Shown piece after piece: positions 19,601-28,679 of a stretch of DNA of 64,000 nt (positions are counted from its first letter, which is position 1; the number at the start of each line of letters is the position of its first letter). Below the pieces are notes generated by a model. The model was given only the letters and a program-made list of their open reading frames with translations, was not told where the DNA came from and ran no database searches. The position numbers were made by a program, and so were the translations under genes. This DNA comes from Polyangiales bacterium. Its GTDB lineage: Bacteria; Myxococcota_A; Polyangia; Polyangiales; Houyiibacteriaceae. The stretch lies in NCBI GenBank assembly GCA_035466435.1, contig DATIUW010000106.1, forward strand, positions 422 through 64,421, given 5' to 3'.

Positions 19601-20110
19601 TTAGTTCTTCTCGAAGATCTGCTCGATTTCGGCCTGCGTGCTCTCTTCGCTCTTGGAGCGCGCGACGGCGATCTCCTTCACAACTAGATTACGCGCGGTT
19701 TCCAGCATCTTCTTCTCGCCGAAGGAAAGGGACTTTTCGACCTGAAGCCGATAGAGGTCCCGCATCACCTCGGCAACGTCGAAGACGGAGCCGGTCTTGA
19801 TCTTGTCCATGAAACCGCGGTAGCGACGGTTCCAGGTCTGATTGTCGAAAACCACGGGCTGCTCTCCGAGCAGGGCGAAAATCTCCTTGATATCCGTCTC
19901 GGAGATCGGGGGACGAAGCCCCACCTTCTTGGCCTGCGCCACCGCCACGCGGATTCGGTCGTTGTTCTTCGCGTCTAGAGGCTTCAACACGTAGAATTCC
20001 ATCGTCGTCGAGCCAATTTTTCGTTGCTCGATCGAGACGACCTCAGTTACGCCTTGTTTCGGATAGATGGCCTTGTCGCCAACCTTGAATTCGTATGCTC
20101 CCGCTTGCAT
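19601..20110 (-). CDS. cdnL: CarD-family RNA polymerase-binding factor, CdnL type
   Basis: FKVGDKAIYPKQGV, TWNRRYR, KTGSVFDVAEVMRDL, LSFGEK; no C-terminal DNA-binding tail; AAGGAG RBS. Confidence 0.88.
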   Translation of the reverse strand: MQAGAYEFKVGDKAIYPKQGVTEVVSIEQRKIGSTTMEFYVLKPLDAKNNDRIRVAVAQAKKVGLRPPISETDIKEIFALLGEQPVVFDNQTWNRRYRGFMDKIKTGSVFDVAEVMRDLYRLQVEKSLSFGEKKMLETARNLVVKEIAVARSKSEESTQAEIEQIFEKN

Positions 20111-20205
20111 CGGGACTCCTTGTTTCGCCAAAAATGTCCCCGAACGCCCGTTTGTTGGGCGCAGGCTGAACGGGCGCTGCGCAGTGTTTATTTCCGACTA
20201 CTAGA

Positions 20206-20361
20206 GTGTCGCACTTCGCGCGTCCCCGCCTCTCGGTGAAGCCAGGGAGGTCCCCAGCCGGGGGGAAATGTAGTCCGCATGGACGCGCCGGTCAACGCGC
20301 TCCCCTCCCGCTTCGGAACCCGGGACGATCTGCGATCTGGAGTCGGGATCGGGCGCGACAC
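20206..20361 (-). ncRNA. candidate rod-shaped structured RNA upstream of cdnL
   Basis: Terminal GTGTCGC/GCGACAC pairing; internal GGUUCC/GGGACC and GGGG/CCCC helices; apical GCGCGUU/GGCGCGU hairpin; G-U wobbles work only on the minus strand. Confidence 0.45.
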
Positions 20362-20379
20362 AGGCCTCGTCCGAACTTT

Positions 20380-20540
20380 CTTCAGCTTTCCAACCTGATC
20401 TGATAGACACACTTTGTTCAATGATTTCAATGCTTTGCCTTAAAAGATTGCAAAACTTTTCGCTTAAATAGAGCAAAGTTATGTATAATTCATGTGCGGT
20501 TCCGCTTGACACGTGAAGTGACGTGACAATACGGTACGTG
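20380..20540. promoter_or_regulatory. AT-rich divergent promoter region between cdnL and the histone-like gene
   Basis: Marked AT enrichment; TATAAT at 20484-20489; TTGACA at 20506-20511 with TACGGT 18 nt downstream. Confidence 0.55.
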
Positions 20541-20576
20541 CACCTGCAATCTTGACCCACCTTGGAGGAGGTCGAA

Positions 20577-20864
20577 ATGGCGACTGCAAAGAAACGAACG
20601 AAGAAAGCCGCAAAGAAGCGGCCAGCAAAGAAGCGCGCAGCAAAGAAGCGCACAACCAAGAAGGCTGCCAAGAAGCGCTCGACGAAGAAGGCAGCAAAGA
20701 AGCGCACAACCAAGAAGGCCGCCAAGAAGCGCTCTTCGAAGAAGCGCGCCAGCAAAAAGGCAACCAAGAAGCGAGCTTCCAAGAAGCGCGCTCCGAAGAA
20801 GGCTGCCAAAAAGCGGACTTCGAAGAAGGCTGCGAAGAAGCGAACGACTCGCAAGAAGAAGTAA
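20577..20864 (+). CDS. histone H1-like Lys/Ala/Arg-rich repeat protein
   Basis: 95 aa built from KKAAKKR(T/S)(T/S)-type repeats; GGAGGAGG RBS. Confidence 0.85.
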   Translation: MATAKKRTKKAAKKRPAKKRAAKKRTTKKAAKKRSTKKAAKKRTTKKAAKKRSSKKRASKKATKKRASKKRAPKKAAKKRTSKKAAKKRTTRKKK

Positions 20865-20873
20865 GCTTCTCGG

Positions 20874-20945
20874 CGGTAAGCCTTCGGGCTTACCGAGGGG
20901 TCACGAACGTGACCCCTGGCCTGAGGCCCCGTTCATTGGGGCCTT
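20874..20945 (+). terminator. three tandem GC-rich hairpins after the histone-like gene (terminator or 3' stabiliser)
   Basis: CGGTAAGCC-TTCG-GGCTTACCG; AGGGGTCACG-AA-CGTGACCCCT; GAGGCCCC...GGGGCCTT; no U-tract. Confidence 0.5.
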
Positions 20946-21032
20946 CGCGCAGTCTGTCGTGGCGATCCCTCTTATCTTGTGGGGGGTGTTCGTCTGCTGG
21001 CGCTCCAGCCCGACCGGCTGGGGCGTTGGCAT

Positions 21033-22358
21033 TTAAGCGCGGCTCCTCTCGCTCCGTAGAAGCCGCGCCAGCCGTGCTGGCTCGATCCGTACGGCGATGA
21101 CCTTCTCGCGCTCGAGGGTCACCGTGCCGACGGGGCTTCCCTTGCGCTTCCGAACGAATCGCCGGGGCGTGTACAGCACGTCGACGACCGGCTCCCCTCG
21201 GAGGTCGCTGAAATGCGCGGCCAAGGTGGCCGCGTCGACCAGGGCTTCCGGCGCGCACGGCTTGGACTTGCTGAGCGGCACCACGACGTGGGCGCCCGTG
21301 ACGCCCCGAGCATGCAACCATAGGTCATGCGGTTTGGCGAACCGGAGCGTGAGCCGGTCGTTGTCCGCGGCCGAGCGTCCCACGAGCACGGTGGTTCCAT
21401 CCGCGGCGACGAACTCGCGATAGGGAAGCCTGGCACCCGCGCGCTTCCGCTTTCGCTCCCGCTCCTTGGGTGCGGTGGTTTCAATGCCTAGTGTTTCGAG
21501 CTCAGCGGCCAGCTGCTCCGGCATCTTCTGCTCGAGCCCATCGCGCAGGCTCGTCAACTCCGCTAACTCCGCTTCGACTGCTTCGAGCCGGCTCGGCGCG
21601 ACTTCGAGGCCTCGCTTCAGGCGTTTCGACTTCGCGAAGAGGTCTTGTGCCAGCTCGGTGGCACTTCTGCGCGGATCGAGCTCGATGCGTACGGTCCGCG
21701 GCGTGCCGCTCCACGTGGTCGCTTCGAAATGATCGGCGCCGGGTGGAATCTCGTGGGCGTGCGCGAGCAGGAGGCTCGCTCGTTCGCGGAGCTCCTCCGC
21801 AGTCGCCGCACGCTCTAGGTCGCTCTTGATGGCATCGCGTTTCCTGGCGAGCCGCTTGATTTGCCTTTGCAGCGCGCGCTCGAGCTGCTGGCGGTAGGCT
21901 GCATGATGTGCACCGAGGGCCGCGACGCCATCGGCGCGCAGCTCGGTCAGGCTCTTGGGCACGAGGTGAGCGTCCTCGTGCGGGGGCTCTTGCGGCGCTC
22001 CTGGCGAATGCACGACCACGGAGCCATCGGGCTCACAGAGCCACCAGGCGCCATACGGTTTGGGTGCGGCCGCGAGGAGCACGTGAGATTTGCCGCCGCG
22101 CGCGAGGGAAATGCGGATGGCTCGGCGGCTCAGCTGTACGCCCTCGACTGAAGATCCTTCGACGTGGCGTCGAAGCTGCGAGACTGCGGGAATGGCGTGC
22201 GCGCCCCGAGGACGTCGATCGATCAATCCGGCTCCGAGAGCGCCGGGAAGGGTGACCAGGATCAGGGCCTCGTGAGAGCCGGCGGCGCGAAGCGACAGCG
22301 TCAAGAGACCAGGCATGGGCTGGTCCACACGCGTCACTTTCGCGTTCCACTCGGTCAC
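21033..22358 (-). CDS. NFACT/RqcH-like protein with C-terminal NFACT-R (DUF814) domain
   Basis: LVGRSAADNDRLT, DLWLHARGVTGAHVV, DAATLAAHFS, VRKRKG; coiled-coil middle region. Confidence 0.85.
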   Translation of the reverse strand: MTEWNAKVTRVDQPMPGLLTLSLRAAGSHEALILVTLPGALGAGLIDRRPRGAHAIPAVSQLRRHVEGSSVEGVQLSRRAIRISLARGGKSHVLLAAAPKPYGAWWLCEPDGSVVVHSPGAPQEPPHEDAHLVPKSLTELRADGVAALGAHHAAYRQQLERALQRQIKRLARKRDAIKSDLERAATAEELRERASLLLAHAHEIPPGADHFEATTWSGTPRTVRIELDPRRSATELAQDLFAKSKRLKRGLEVAPSRLEAVEAELAELTSLRDGLEQKMPEQLAAELETLGIETTAPKERERKRKRAGARLPYREFVAADGTTVLVGRSAADNDRLTLRFAKPHDLWLHARGVTGAHVVVPLSKSKPCAPEALVDAATLAAHFSDLRGEPVVDVLYTPRRFVRKRKGSPVGTVTLEREKVIAVRIEPARLARLLRSERSRA

Positions 22359-23020
22359 TCCGGCTCTTCAGACAGGGCTTGGAGAAGTCGCGCTTCGCGA
22401 AAGGACTGAGGAGACTCGATGGTGACGAAGGCTCGCGAGGCGTCCGAATGACGGAGCTTGTCAATCACGTCCAGCAACTGGGCGTGTGAGAACGAGCGAC
22501 GCAAACCTTCAGCAACCAGCGTTGCGTACACGACTTCGGCGCTCGGCACGGGATCGTCGACCGCGTCGAACCCCCCGAGGATTGACAGCTTGTCGGCCAT
22601 CTGTTGCACCGCTTCAGGCTCCCAGAGTCCGGTTGGCCTCCATACGATCAGGCGGCCTTCGGTCCGGGGAATCCTCTCGAAGTACTCCCGCACGCGCTCT
22701 CGGTCCCGAGCGCCGGTCGTGATCGCAGCGCCGGTCGCGACCACCACCATCGCAGCCTCGAGCGCGTCAGACGCTTCGCGCAGCCACGTCAACGCTGCCT
22801 CGAGCTCATCGCTCGGGCGAAACGCTCCCGCAGCGGAGCGCCAACACACCTCGGGAGCGCGCAACGCGATCTGGAACCCCGCCGGAAGGTTCTGCCGCCA
22901 TTTGGTGAGCGTCGAAGGCTTTGGAAGCGGAGCGCGCAAAGCGAGCTCTGCAAAACCTAGCTCCGAGGTGTACTTGGGCCCCGGAGGACGTTCCAACAGC
23001 GCGCCGGCGAAGAGTTGCAT
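22355..23020 (-). CDS. DUF72-like protein (divergent)
   Basis: PKPSTLTKWRQNLPAGFQIALRAP resembles the DUF72 N-terminal motif; overlaps the NFACT start. Confidence 0.6.
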   Translation of the reverse strand: MQLFAGALLERPPGPKYTSELGFAELALRAPLPKPSTLTKWRQNLPAGFQIALRAPEVCWRSAAGAFRPSDELEAALTWLREASDALEAAMVVVATGAAITTGARDRERVREYFERIPRTEGRLIVWRPTGLWEPEAVQQMADKLSILGGFDAVDDPVPSAEVVYATLVAEGLRRSFSHAQLLDVIDKLRHSDASRAFVTIESPQSFREARLLQALSEEPE

Positions 23021-23167
23021 CGGCGTCAGGGTAGTCGTAGCTCCGACACAAGCAAAGCCGCGCCATGGGCCGAATCCTGGAAGAGGACCACCGATTGACG
23101 AGGGGTGATTCGATGGCCTACAACTGCCCCTAGCGTTGCTGCCACCGGGCGAGGAGGGGACCAGAGC

Positions 23168-23956
23168 ATGGAGCAAGCTCGCAATTACGTTTGTACAGAG
23201 TGCGCAAGCTCCGTTCCGTCAGGACACAAGTTCTGTGGCGCCTGCGGTGCGTCCGTACCGATTGAGGCTCAGACGCTCGAAACCAAGTTCTTCGGAGCCC
23301 TGCAAGCTCCCGGAAAGGCTCGCCTCATCGTCATTCGTGGTGACGATGCGATGGGCGAGGGCCTCAGCTACCTACTCCAGGCGACCGAGCACGTCGCGGG
23401 CCGTGAGGCCGATCAGATCCCCTTCCCGAGCGACAATTGGCTGAGCCCCGTTCATGCGAACTTTCTCTATCGCGGCGAGAAGCTATTCGTTCGGGACGAG
23501 GGTAGCCTCAACGGCGTGTACATTCGGATTCGACGACCTTCGCCGATCCAGATCGGTGACTACTTCATGTGCGGACAGCAGCTCTTCCGTGTGGATGCGA
23601 CCCCCAAGGACAGCTCCGGTCCGGAGGCGGACCAGACGTACTTCTATTCTTCCCCGAGACGGCCTAGTGCATTTCGCATCACGCAGGTTTTGGAGGGCGG
23701 GATGGATGGCATCGTTTGCTGCGCGCACGAGCAGGCGGTGCAAATCGGGCGAGAAGAGTGCGATTTGAATTTTCCCGACGACTTTTTCATGTCTCCAAAG
23801 CATGCCCGCGTCGAAATGTCGGGGGAATCGCTCACCCTAATCGACCAGAATTCCAAAAACGGCACCTACGTGCGCGTTCGAGGTGAGCGAGAGCTGGGGG
23901 ACGGAGACTATCTGTTTCTGGGCCGGAACCTGCTCCGAGTGGAGGTGACGGCGTGA
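23168..23956 (+). CDS. zinc-ribbon plus tandem FHA domain protein
   Basis: CTEC...FCGACG; two GR...S-x-x-H...S-x-NG FHA units. Confidence 0.88.
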   Translation: MEQARNYVCTECASSVPSGHKFCGACGASVPIEAQTLETKFFGALQAPGKARLIVIRGDDAMGEGLSYLLQATEHVAGREADQIPFPSDNWLSPVHANFLYRGEKLFVRDEGSLNGVYIRIRRPSPIQIGDYFMCGQQLFRVDATPKDSSGPEADQTYFYSSPRRPSAFRITQVLEGGMDGIVCCAHEQAVQIGREECDLNFPDDFFMSPKHARVEMSGESLTLIDQNSKNGTYVRVRGERELGDGDYLFLGRNLLRVEVTA

Positions 23957-25044
23957 TCGTCTGTTCCCGATGTAGCAAGGAAAATCAGGATCACTACAAG
24001 TTCTGTCTCGGGTGTGGCGCTGAGCTTCCGCGGCAGGCTTCGAAGCCCAGGTCCTTCGCGGCGCCTGAGACGCAGGGTGCAGAGTCATCGTCCCAGAAGC
24101 GCGATACGAACGCGCCTCGCGCGAGGGGAGGGCATGCCGGAGCGCTGGCCTCGGCGCCGCAGATGGAAATGGAGCCCACGCCTGCGCACGCCGAACCACT
24201 CGCGGTCGACGATCCTCTACCCCGAGAGTTGGCACCTCTCGGAGAGGAAACCTCGCCCTGCTCCCACTGTGGCGCCGAGGTGCCGGTCAACTTTCGCTTC
24301 TGCCACGTTTGCGGAAACGATCTCCATGCAATCGGCGGCAGCAAAGGCTCGTCACCAGGAGCGGCGGCCGAGCGCGTTTCTGCCCCTGCGGTCGCGGAGC
24401 CTCGGCCGGAAACGAAGCGCGCCCGCCTCGTGTTGATCCAGCCGGACGGCTCGGAGGGCGAGGCATTCCCCCTCTCGGGAGATCGAACCCTGATCGGACG
24501 CAGCACCGGAGGTGTGTTTTCCAACGACGCGTACCTGTCGCCGGAGCACGCCGAGTTCCGCTTCGAGGACGATCAGCTCGTCGTGAAGGACATGGAGAGC
24601 TTGAATGGCATCTACATTCGGATCGAGCCCGACGTGCCAATCGAGCTTTTCGACGGAACCGTCTTCCGCATCGGGCAGGAGATCTTGCGGTTCGAAGGCC
24701 CTCTCGCGCCCGATCCGGCTCCCGATGGCACGCAGTACATGGGCAGCCCCCACCACGGCTTTTTGGGGCGTGTTTCGCTCGTCATCGGACGCCACGCCAC
24801 CGGCAATAGCTACCCGGTCCCGCCGCAGGGGATCCACCTCGGCCGTGAGCGTGGCGACGTCTTGTTTCCCGAAGACGGGTACGTGTCGGGGCTCCACTGC
24901 CGCATCCATTCCGAAGTGGGTCACGTGTTTCTCACCGACGTCGGCAGCTCGAACGGCACGTTCGTCCGGGTATCCAGCGAGTCGTTCGTCCCCAAGGGCA
25001 CCTTCGTCCTCATGGGTCAGCAGCTATTTCGCGCCGACTATTGA
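23953..25044 (+). CDS. double zinc-ribbon plus tandem FHA domain protein
   Basis: CSRC...FCLGCG and CSHC...FCHVCG; FHA units LSPEHA...SLNG and VSGLHC...SSNG. Confidence 0.88.
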   Translation: MIVCSRCSKENQDHYKFCLGCGAELPRQASKPRSFAAPETQGAESSSQKRDTNAPRARGGHAGALASAPQMEMEPTPAHAEPLAVDDPLPRELAPLGEETSPCSHCGAEVPVNFRFCHVCGNDLHAIGGSKGSSPGAAAERVSAPAVAEPRPETKRARLVLIQPDGSEGEAFPLSGDRTLIGRSTGGVFSNDAYLSPEHAEFRFEDDQLVVKDMESLNGIYIRIEPDVPIELFDGTVFRIGQEILRFEGPLAPDPAPDGTQYMGSPHHGFLGRVSLVIGRHATGNSYPVPPQGIHLGRERGDVLFPEDGYVSGLHCRIHSEVGHVFLTDVGSSNGTFVRVSSESFVPKGTFVLMGQQLFRADY

Positions 25045-25928
25045 GCCTGGCTCCGGGTGGCGCCGAGCCGCGAGGACAGGAAATCTTCGATCCGCTCCGC
25101 GATTCGATCCGGCTGCTCCACAGGCGCCGCGTGGCTGGCGCCCTCGATCACCTCGAGCTCGGCATTGGGAATGGCGTTTGCCATCTCCCGAGCGAGTGTC
25201 ATCGGAGTGAACGTGTCGTGCTCTGCGGCTACGACGAGCGCCGGAACGTCGATGTCGGACAGAAACGCTCTGGCGTCGTGTATTCCTGCGTGTTGAAGCA
25301 TTCGGAGGAATACGTCCGGATCCATCAGGGACGCGTGCTCCCAATAGCGTTGAAAATCCTCTTCTTGAATGCGCTCGGCGTCGAGCTCCCGTCCGGCGCA
25401 CGCGACTCGGAATGCGATTGCCGCGGGGACTCGTCCCCAGACGGCGCGGGCCACGGAAGGAAACATCCGAGCTCCCCGCACGAGGGTCGGAAGAACCTGG
25501 TCTAGGAGGTCGGTGCCATGGAACGTCGTCGTGATCCGACCGAAGGTACCGCACATGAGAACGAGGGCCGCGACGCGGTTTGGGTTTTGCCGCCAGTATT
25601 CGAGCCCCACCTGCACTCCCATCGAATGAGCGATGATCATCGGACGCTCGACCTCGAGATGGGTGCAGACCTCATGGAGGTCACGCGCCAACGCCTCGAC
25701 GGAGAGTTGGGCTCGGTCGGCGGGAGGGCCGCTTCGCCCGTGTCCGCGAAAGTGCCAGTGTACGACCCGATGACGTCGAGCGAGCCGCGGGGCGAGGTAC
25801 CGCCAGGCGAAGCCATCGCAGCCGATTCCGTCGGTCAACACGATCGGAGGCTCACCTTCGCCGAGCTCCTCGAAGAACAGGCGGGTGCCGTCCCTTGCTT
25901 CGACAAAGCCCTCGCGGTCGTACTGCAC
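25038..25928 (-). CDS. alpha/beta hydrolase
   Basis: FRGHGRS, AHSMG nucleophile elbow, catalytic Asp and His (DTFTP, GASHAAPVEQP). Confidence 0.9.
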   Translation of the reverse strand: MQYDREGFVEARDGTRLFFEELGEGEPPIVLTDGIGCDGFAWRYLAPRLARRHRVVHWHFRGHGRSGPPADRAQLSVEALARDLHEVCTHLEVERPMIIAHSMGVQVGLEYWRQNPNRVAALVLMCGTFGRITTTFHGTDLLDQVLPTLVRGARMFPSVARAVWGRVPAAIAFRVACAGRELDAERIQEEDFQRYWEHASLMDPDVFLRMLQHAGIHDARAFLSDIDVPALVVAAEHDTFTPMTLAREMANAIPNAELEVIEGASHAAPVEQPDRIAERIEDFLSSRLGATRSQAQ

Positions 25929-25939
25929 GCTGTGGAAGC

Positions 25940-26140
25940 TTACTTCTTGGCGACGTCTTCCGGGCTATCCGGGATATCATTGACGGAGGGCAGCTTGCGA
26001 ATTTCAGGAAGAGCAATTTTGACGCAGCGCTGGACGATCCACGACAGCGAGCGATCCAACCTTGCCGATTCGTGCTTGATGTCGTGTAGCATCGACTCCG
26101 GGAAGTAGAGACTTTGCTTTCGCTTGTCGGTCGTGGACAT
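25940..26140 (-). CDS. myxobacterial small RHH-like protein (TIGR04563, MXAN_4361/4362 family)
   Basis: DKRKQSLYFP...RLDRSLSWIVQ signature; GGAGG RBS. Confidence 0.88.
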   Translation of the reverse strand: MSTTDKRKQSLYFPESMLHDIKHESARLDRSLSWIVQRCVKIALPEIRKLPSVNDIPDSPEDVAKK

Positions 26141-26253
26141 CGTTAAGAATCCTCCATGCGGACGCGATACCTTCGACTGGTTGCGTCCTGCGCGTGTATC
26201 TGGTGGTCCTACCCAGGGATAGATGCAGTGTCAATGCCAAAGGTCTGATCTTC

Positions 26254-27579
26254 GTGTTCCATCACAAATCCCAACGAAAAATTCTCCGCCTACTCGGTAT
26301 TGCAGCGTTGGCTTTGGCGCTCGTCGCGGTGATGACGTCCGAAGCGCCTGCACGCCGCAGTCCATTCGAGCCGCTCGCGGTTTTCGCGCGCGCACTGTCG
26401 TACATCGAGCTAGCCTACGTGGAGCCGGTCGATCAAGACGAGGTCGTCGAGGGAGCGATTCGCGGTCTCGCGAATTCGCTCGATCCGCACAGCGCGTTTC
26501 TCGACCCGCGCGAGTACGACATTCTGAAGAGCGACGCGGAGGGGCGCTTCGCGGGAATCGGGGTCGAGGTGTCCGTTCGCGATGGATGGCTGACCATTCT
26601 TTCGGTGTTCGAAGGCGGCCCCGCAGCCAAAGCCGGGTTGCTACCTGGTGACCGGTTCTTGAGCATCGACGGGGAAGAGGCCAGAGACATCCGGATTCAC
26701 GATGCCGTGCAACGAATTCGCGGCGAACCGGGGACGAACGTGACCGTGACCATCCGCCGCGAGGCGCAGGAAGAAGCACTCGAGCGCACGTTGACCCGGG
26801 CGTTCATCGACATCGATCCGGTGGAGATGGAGCCGCTCGACGAGGGCCTGGTCTACTTGCGTGTGAAGGCTTTCCAGGACGGGACTGCTCGTGCTCTCAG
26901 CCATGCGCTCGACGAGGCAGTCGAGAAGCTCGTAGCGCGCGGAGGGGTCGAGGGCCTGCTCATCGACTTGCGGGACAACGGTGGTGGGCTCCTTCAGGAG
27001 GCGGTCTGGGTCAGTGACGAGTTCCTCAGCTCTGGTGTCATCGTGAGCACCCGGGGGCGTGATGGGAAGGTGATCAGCGAGTACGCAGCGCGGCGCGCCG
27101 GAACACGGCCGAGTTGGCCGATCGTGGTGCTGATCAACGAAAACACGGCCAGTGCGTCCGAGATCGTCGCCGGAGCGCTGCAGGATCATGAAAGGGCCGT
27201 GTTGGTCGGCGTCCGCTCGTTCGGCAAGGGCAGCGTGCAAAACGTGTTCGAGCTTCCGGGTGGGAGCGCGCTCAAGCTCACGACGTCTCGTTATTACACG
27301 CCCTCGGGTCGCTCGATCCAGGCGCAAGGAATCACGCCGGACCTCCTGGCTGAGCAGCCTCGACGCGATTTGGATCCGGAAGAGCCCCTTCGCGAGGAAG
27401 CACTCGAGGGGCATCTCGCCGCCCAGTCCGACCGGGCGACGGCCGAGGGACGGTCGATCCGGGCGGCGCCTTCGCCGGTCAGCCCGTCACCAGAGATCTT
27501 CGAGGATGATTTACAGGCGCAACGCGCGTATGCGGTGCTGAAGGGGCAATTGGGGAGACGGGGCCAGAGGCGGCAGTAG
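26254..27579 (+). CDS. ctpA: S41A carboxy-terminal processing protease with PDZ domain
   Basis: LDPHS, GIGVEV, IDLRDNGGGLL, TASASEIVAGALQDH, FGKGSVQ, YYTPSGRSIQ; start approximate. Confidence 0.92.
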   Translation: MFHHKSQRKILRLLGIAALALALVAVMTSEAPARRSPFEPLAVFARALSYIELAYVEPVDQDEVVEGAIRGLANSLDPHSAFLDPREYDILKSDAEGRFAGIGVEVSVRDGWLTILSVFEGGPAAKAGLLPGDRFLSIDGEEARDIRIHDAVQRIRGEPGTNVTVTIRREAQEEALERTLTRAFIDIDPVEMEPLDEGLVYLRVKAFQDGTARALSHALDEAVEKLVARGGVEGLLIDLRDNGGGLLQEAVWVSDEFLSSGVIVSTRGRDGKVISEYAARRAGTRPSWPIVVLINENTASASEIVAGALQDHERAVLVGVRSFGKGSVQNVFELPGGSALKLTTSRYYTPSGRSIQAQGITPDLLAEQPRRDLDPEEPLREEALEGHLAAQSDRATAEGRSIRAAPSPVSPSPEIFEDDLQAQRAYAVLKGQLGRRGQRRQ

Positions 27580-27619
27580 CTTCGCCGAGCGTTTGGTCTC
27601 GGAGAAAGTGGGAGTTGGG

Positions 27620-28657
27620 ATGCGGCGTGCGTTTTTCCTCATCGTGATCATCGTGGCTGCGCTGGGCCTGGTCTCCATCGCAGTCATCAACACGCGGGCG
27701 GGGCAGGACTTCGTGCTCGCGCGCATGATCGACGTCGTCATGCGACGCACGCCCACACCTCCGCCCGAGGGCGGGCTTCGCGTATTCATGTGCGGCACAT
27801 CCTCCCCGCTGCCCGCGCCGAACCGAGCCCAGGCCTGTGTGGGGGTCATGGCCGACGACCGGCTCTACATCGTCGATGCGGGTGCGGGATCGCCCGGCGT
27901 GGCCTCCTTGGGCGGGCTGCCGCTCGAGAACCTGCGTGCGCTGCTCCTCACGCACTTCCATTCCGATCACATTGCAGCCGCCGGCGATTTCAACCTGTTG
28001 TCGTGGGTTGCGGGTCGTTCGCGTCCGCTCGAGGTGGTGGGCCCAGAAGGCGTCGAGCGCGTCGTGTCCGGTCTCAACGAGCTGTATGCGCTGGATCGAA
28101 GCTACCGGGTGGCCCACCATGGCGCCGGTTTCATGCCTCCGGAGCTCCATGAGCTCGCTGCGCGCACCATCCAGCCCGGTGTCGTGCTCGACGATGGGGG
28201 GCTCGAGATCACCGCGTTCACGGTCGATCACAGCCCGGTGACGCCCGCGGTCGGGTATCGCTTCGACTACGGAGGCCGGTCGGTGGTGATCACGGGCGAC
28301 ACCATCGTGACGGAGGGTCTGGTCGAGGCCGCGCGGGACGCCGATTTGCTGCTTTCCGACGCGATCTCGCTTCCGATCGTGCGAGCGCTCGAAAAAGGCG
28401 CGCACGCTGCCGGCCGCGAACGTCAGGCGAAGATCCTGCGCGACATTCAGGACTATCACGCGAGCACTTCGTCTCTGGCCGACGCTGCACAGCGTGCGGG
28501 CGTACGCAAGCTGGCGCTCTATCACCTGGTTCCAGCGCCTCGCAACGCGCTCATGGAAAAGATCTTCATGCGCGACATGGAGGACGGCACGGTGCTCACC
28601 GAAGACGGCATGATCTTCGATTTGCCGGCGGACCGAACCGAGGTGATCGTCCGCTAG
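27620..28657 (+). CDS. membrane-anchored or secreted MBL-fold hydrolase (RNase Z/arylsulfatase-like)
   Basis: N-terminal hydrophobic helix; CGTSSP, THFHSDHI, VDH, ITGDT, YH and LYHLVP. Confidence 0.85.
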   Translation: MRRAFFLIVIIVAALGLVSIAVINTRAGQDFVLARMIDVVMRRTPTPPPEGGLRVFMCGTSSPLPAPNRAQACVGVMADDRLYIVDAGAGSPGVASLGGLPLENLRALLLTHFHSDHIAAAGDFNLLSWVAGRSRPLEVVGPEGVERVVSGLNELYALDRSYRVAHHGAGFMPPELHELAARTIQPGVVLDDGGLEITAFTVDHSPVTPAVGYRFDYGGRSVVITGDTIVTEGLVEAARDADLLLSDAISLPIVRALEKGAHAAGRERQAKILRDIQDYHASTSSLADAAQRAGVRKLALYHLVPAPRNALMEKIFMRDMEDGTVLTEDGMIFDLPADRTEVIVR

Positions 28658-28679
28658 CTGCCGGCTCTCGAGCTGGGGG

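Noticed and set aside
20491..20540. CATG/CGTG motifs near the histone-like promoter as further sites for the wHTH regulators
   Set aside because: Spacings (21, 10 and 15 bp) do not fit the 14-bp, N8 palindrome.
20201..20854. 217-aa minus-strand ORF with FLAAFF repeats resembling a membrane protein
   Set aside because: It is the antisense reading of the Lys/Ala repeats of the histone-like gene, which has the strong RBS.
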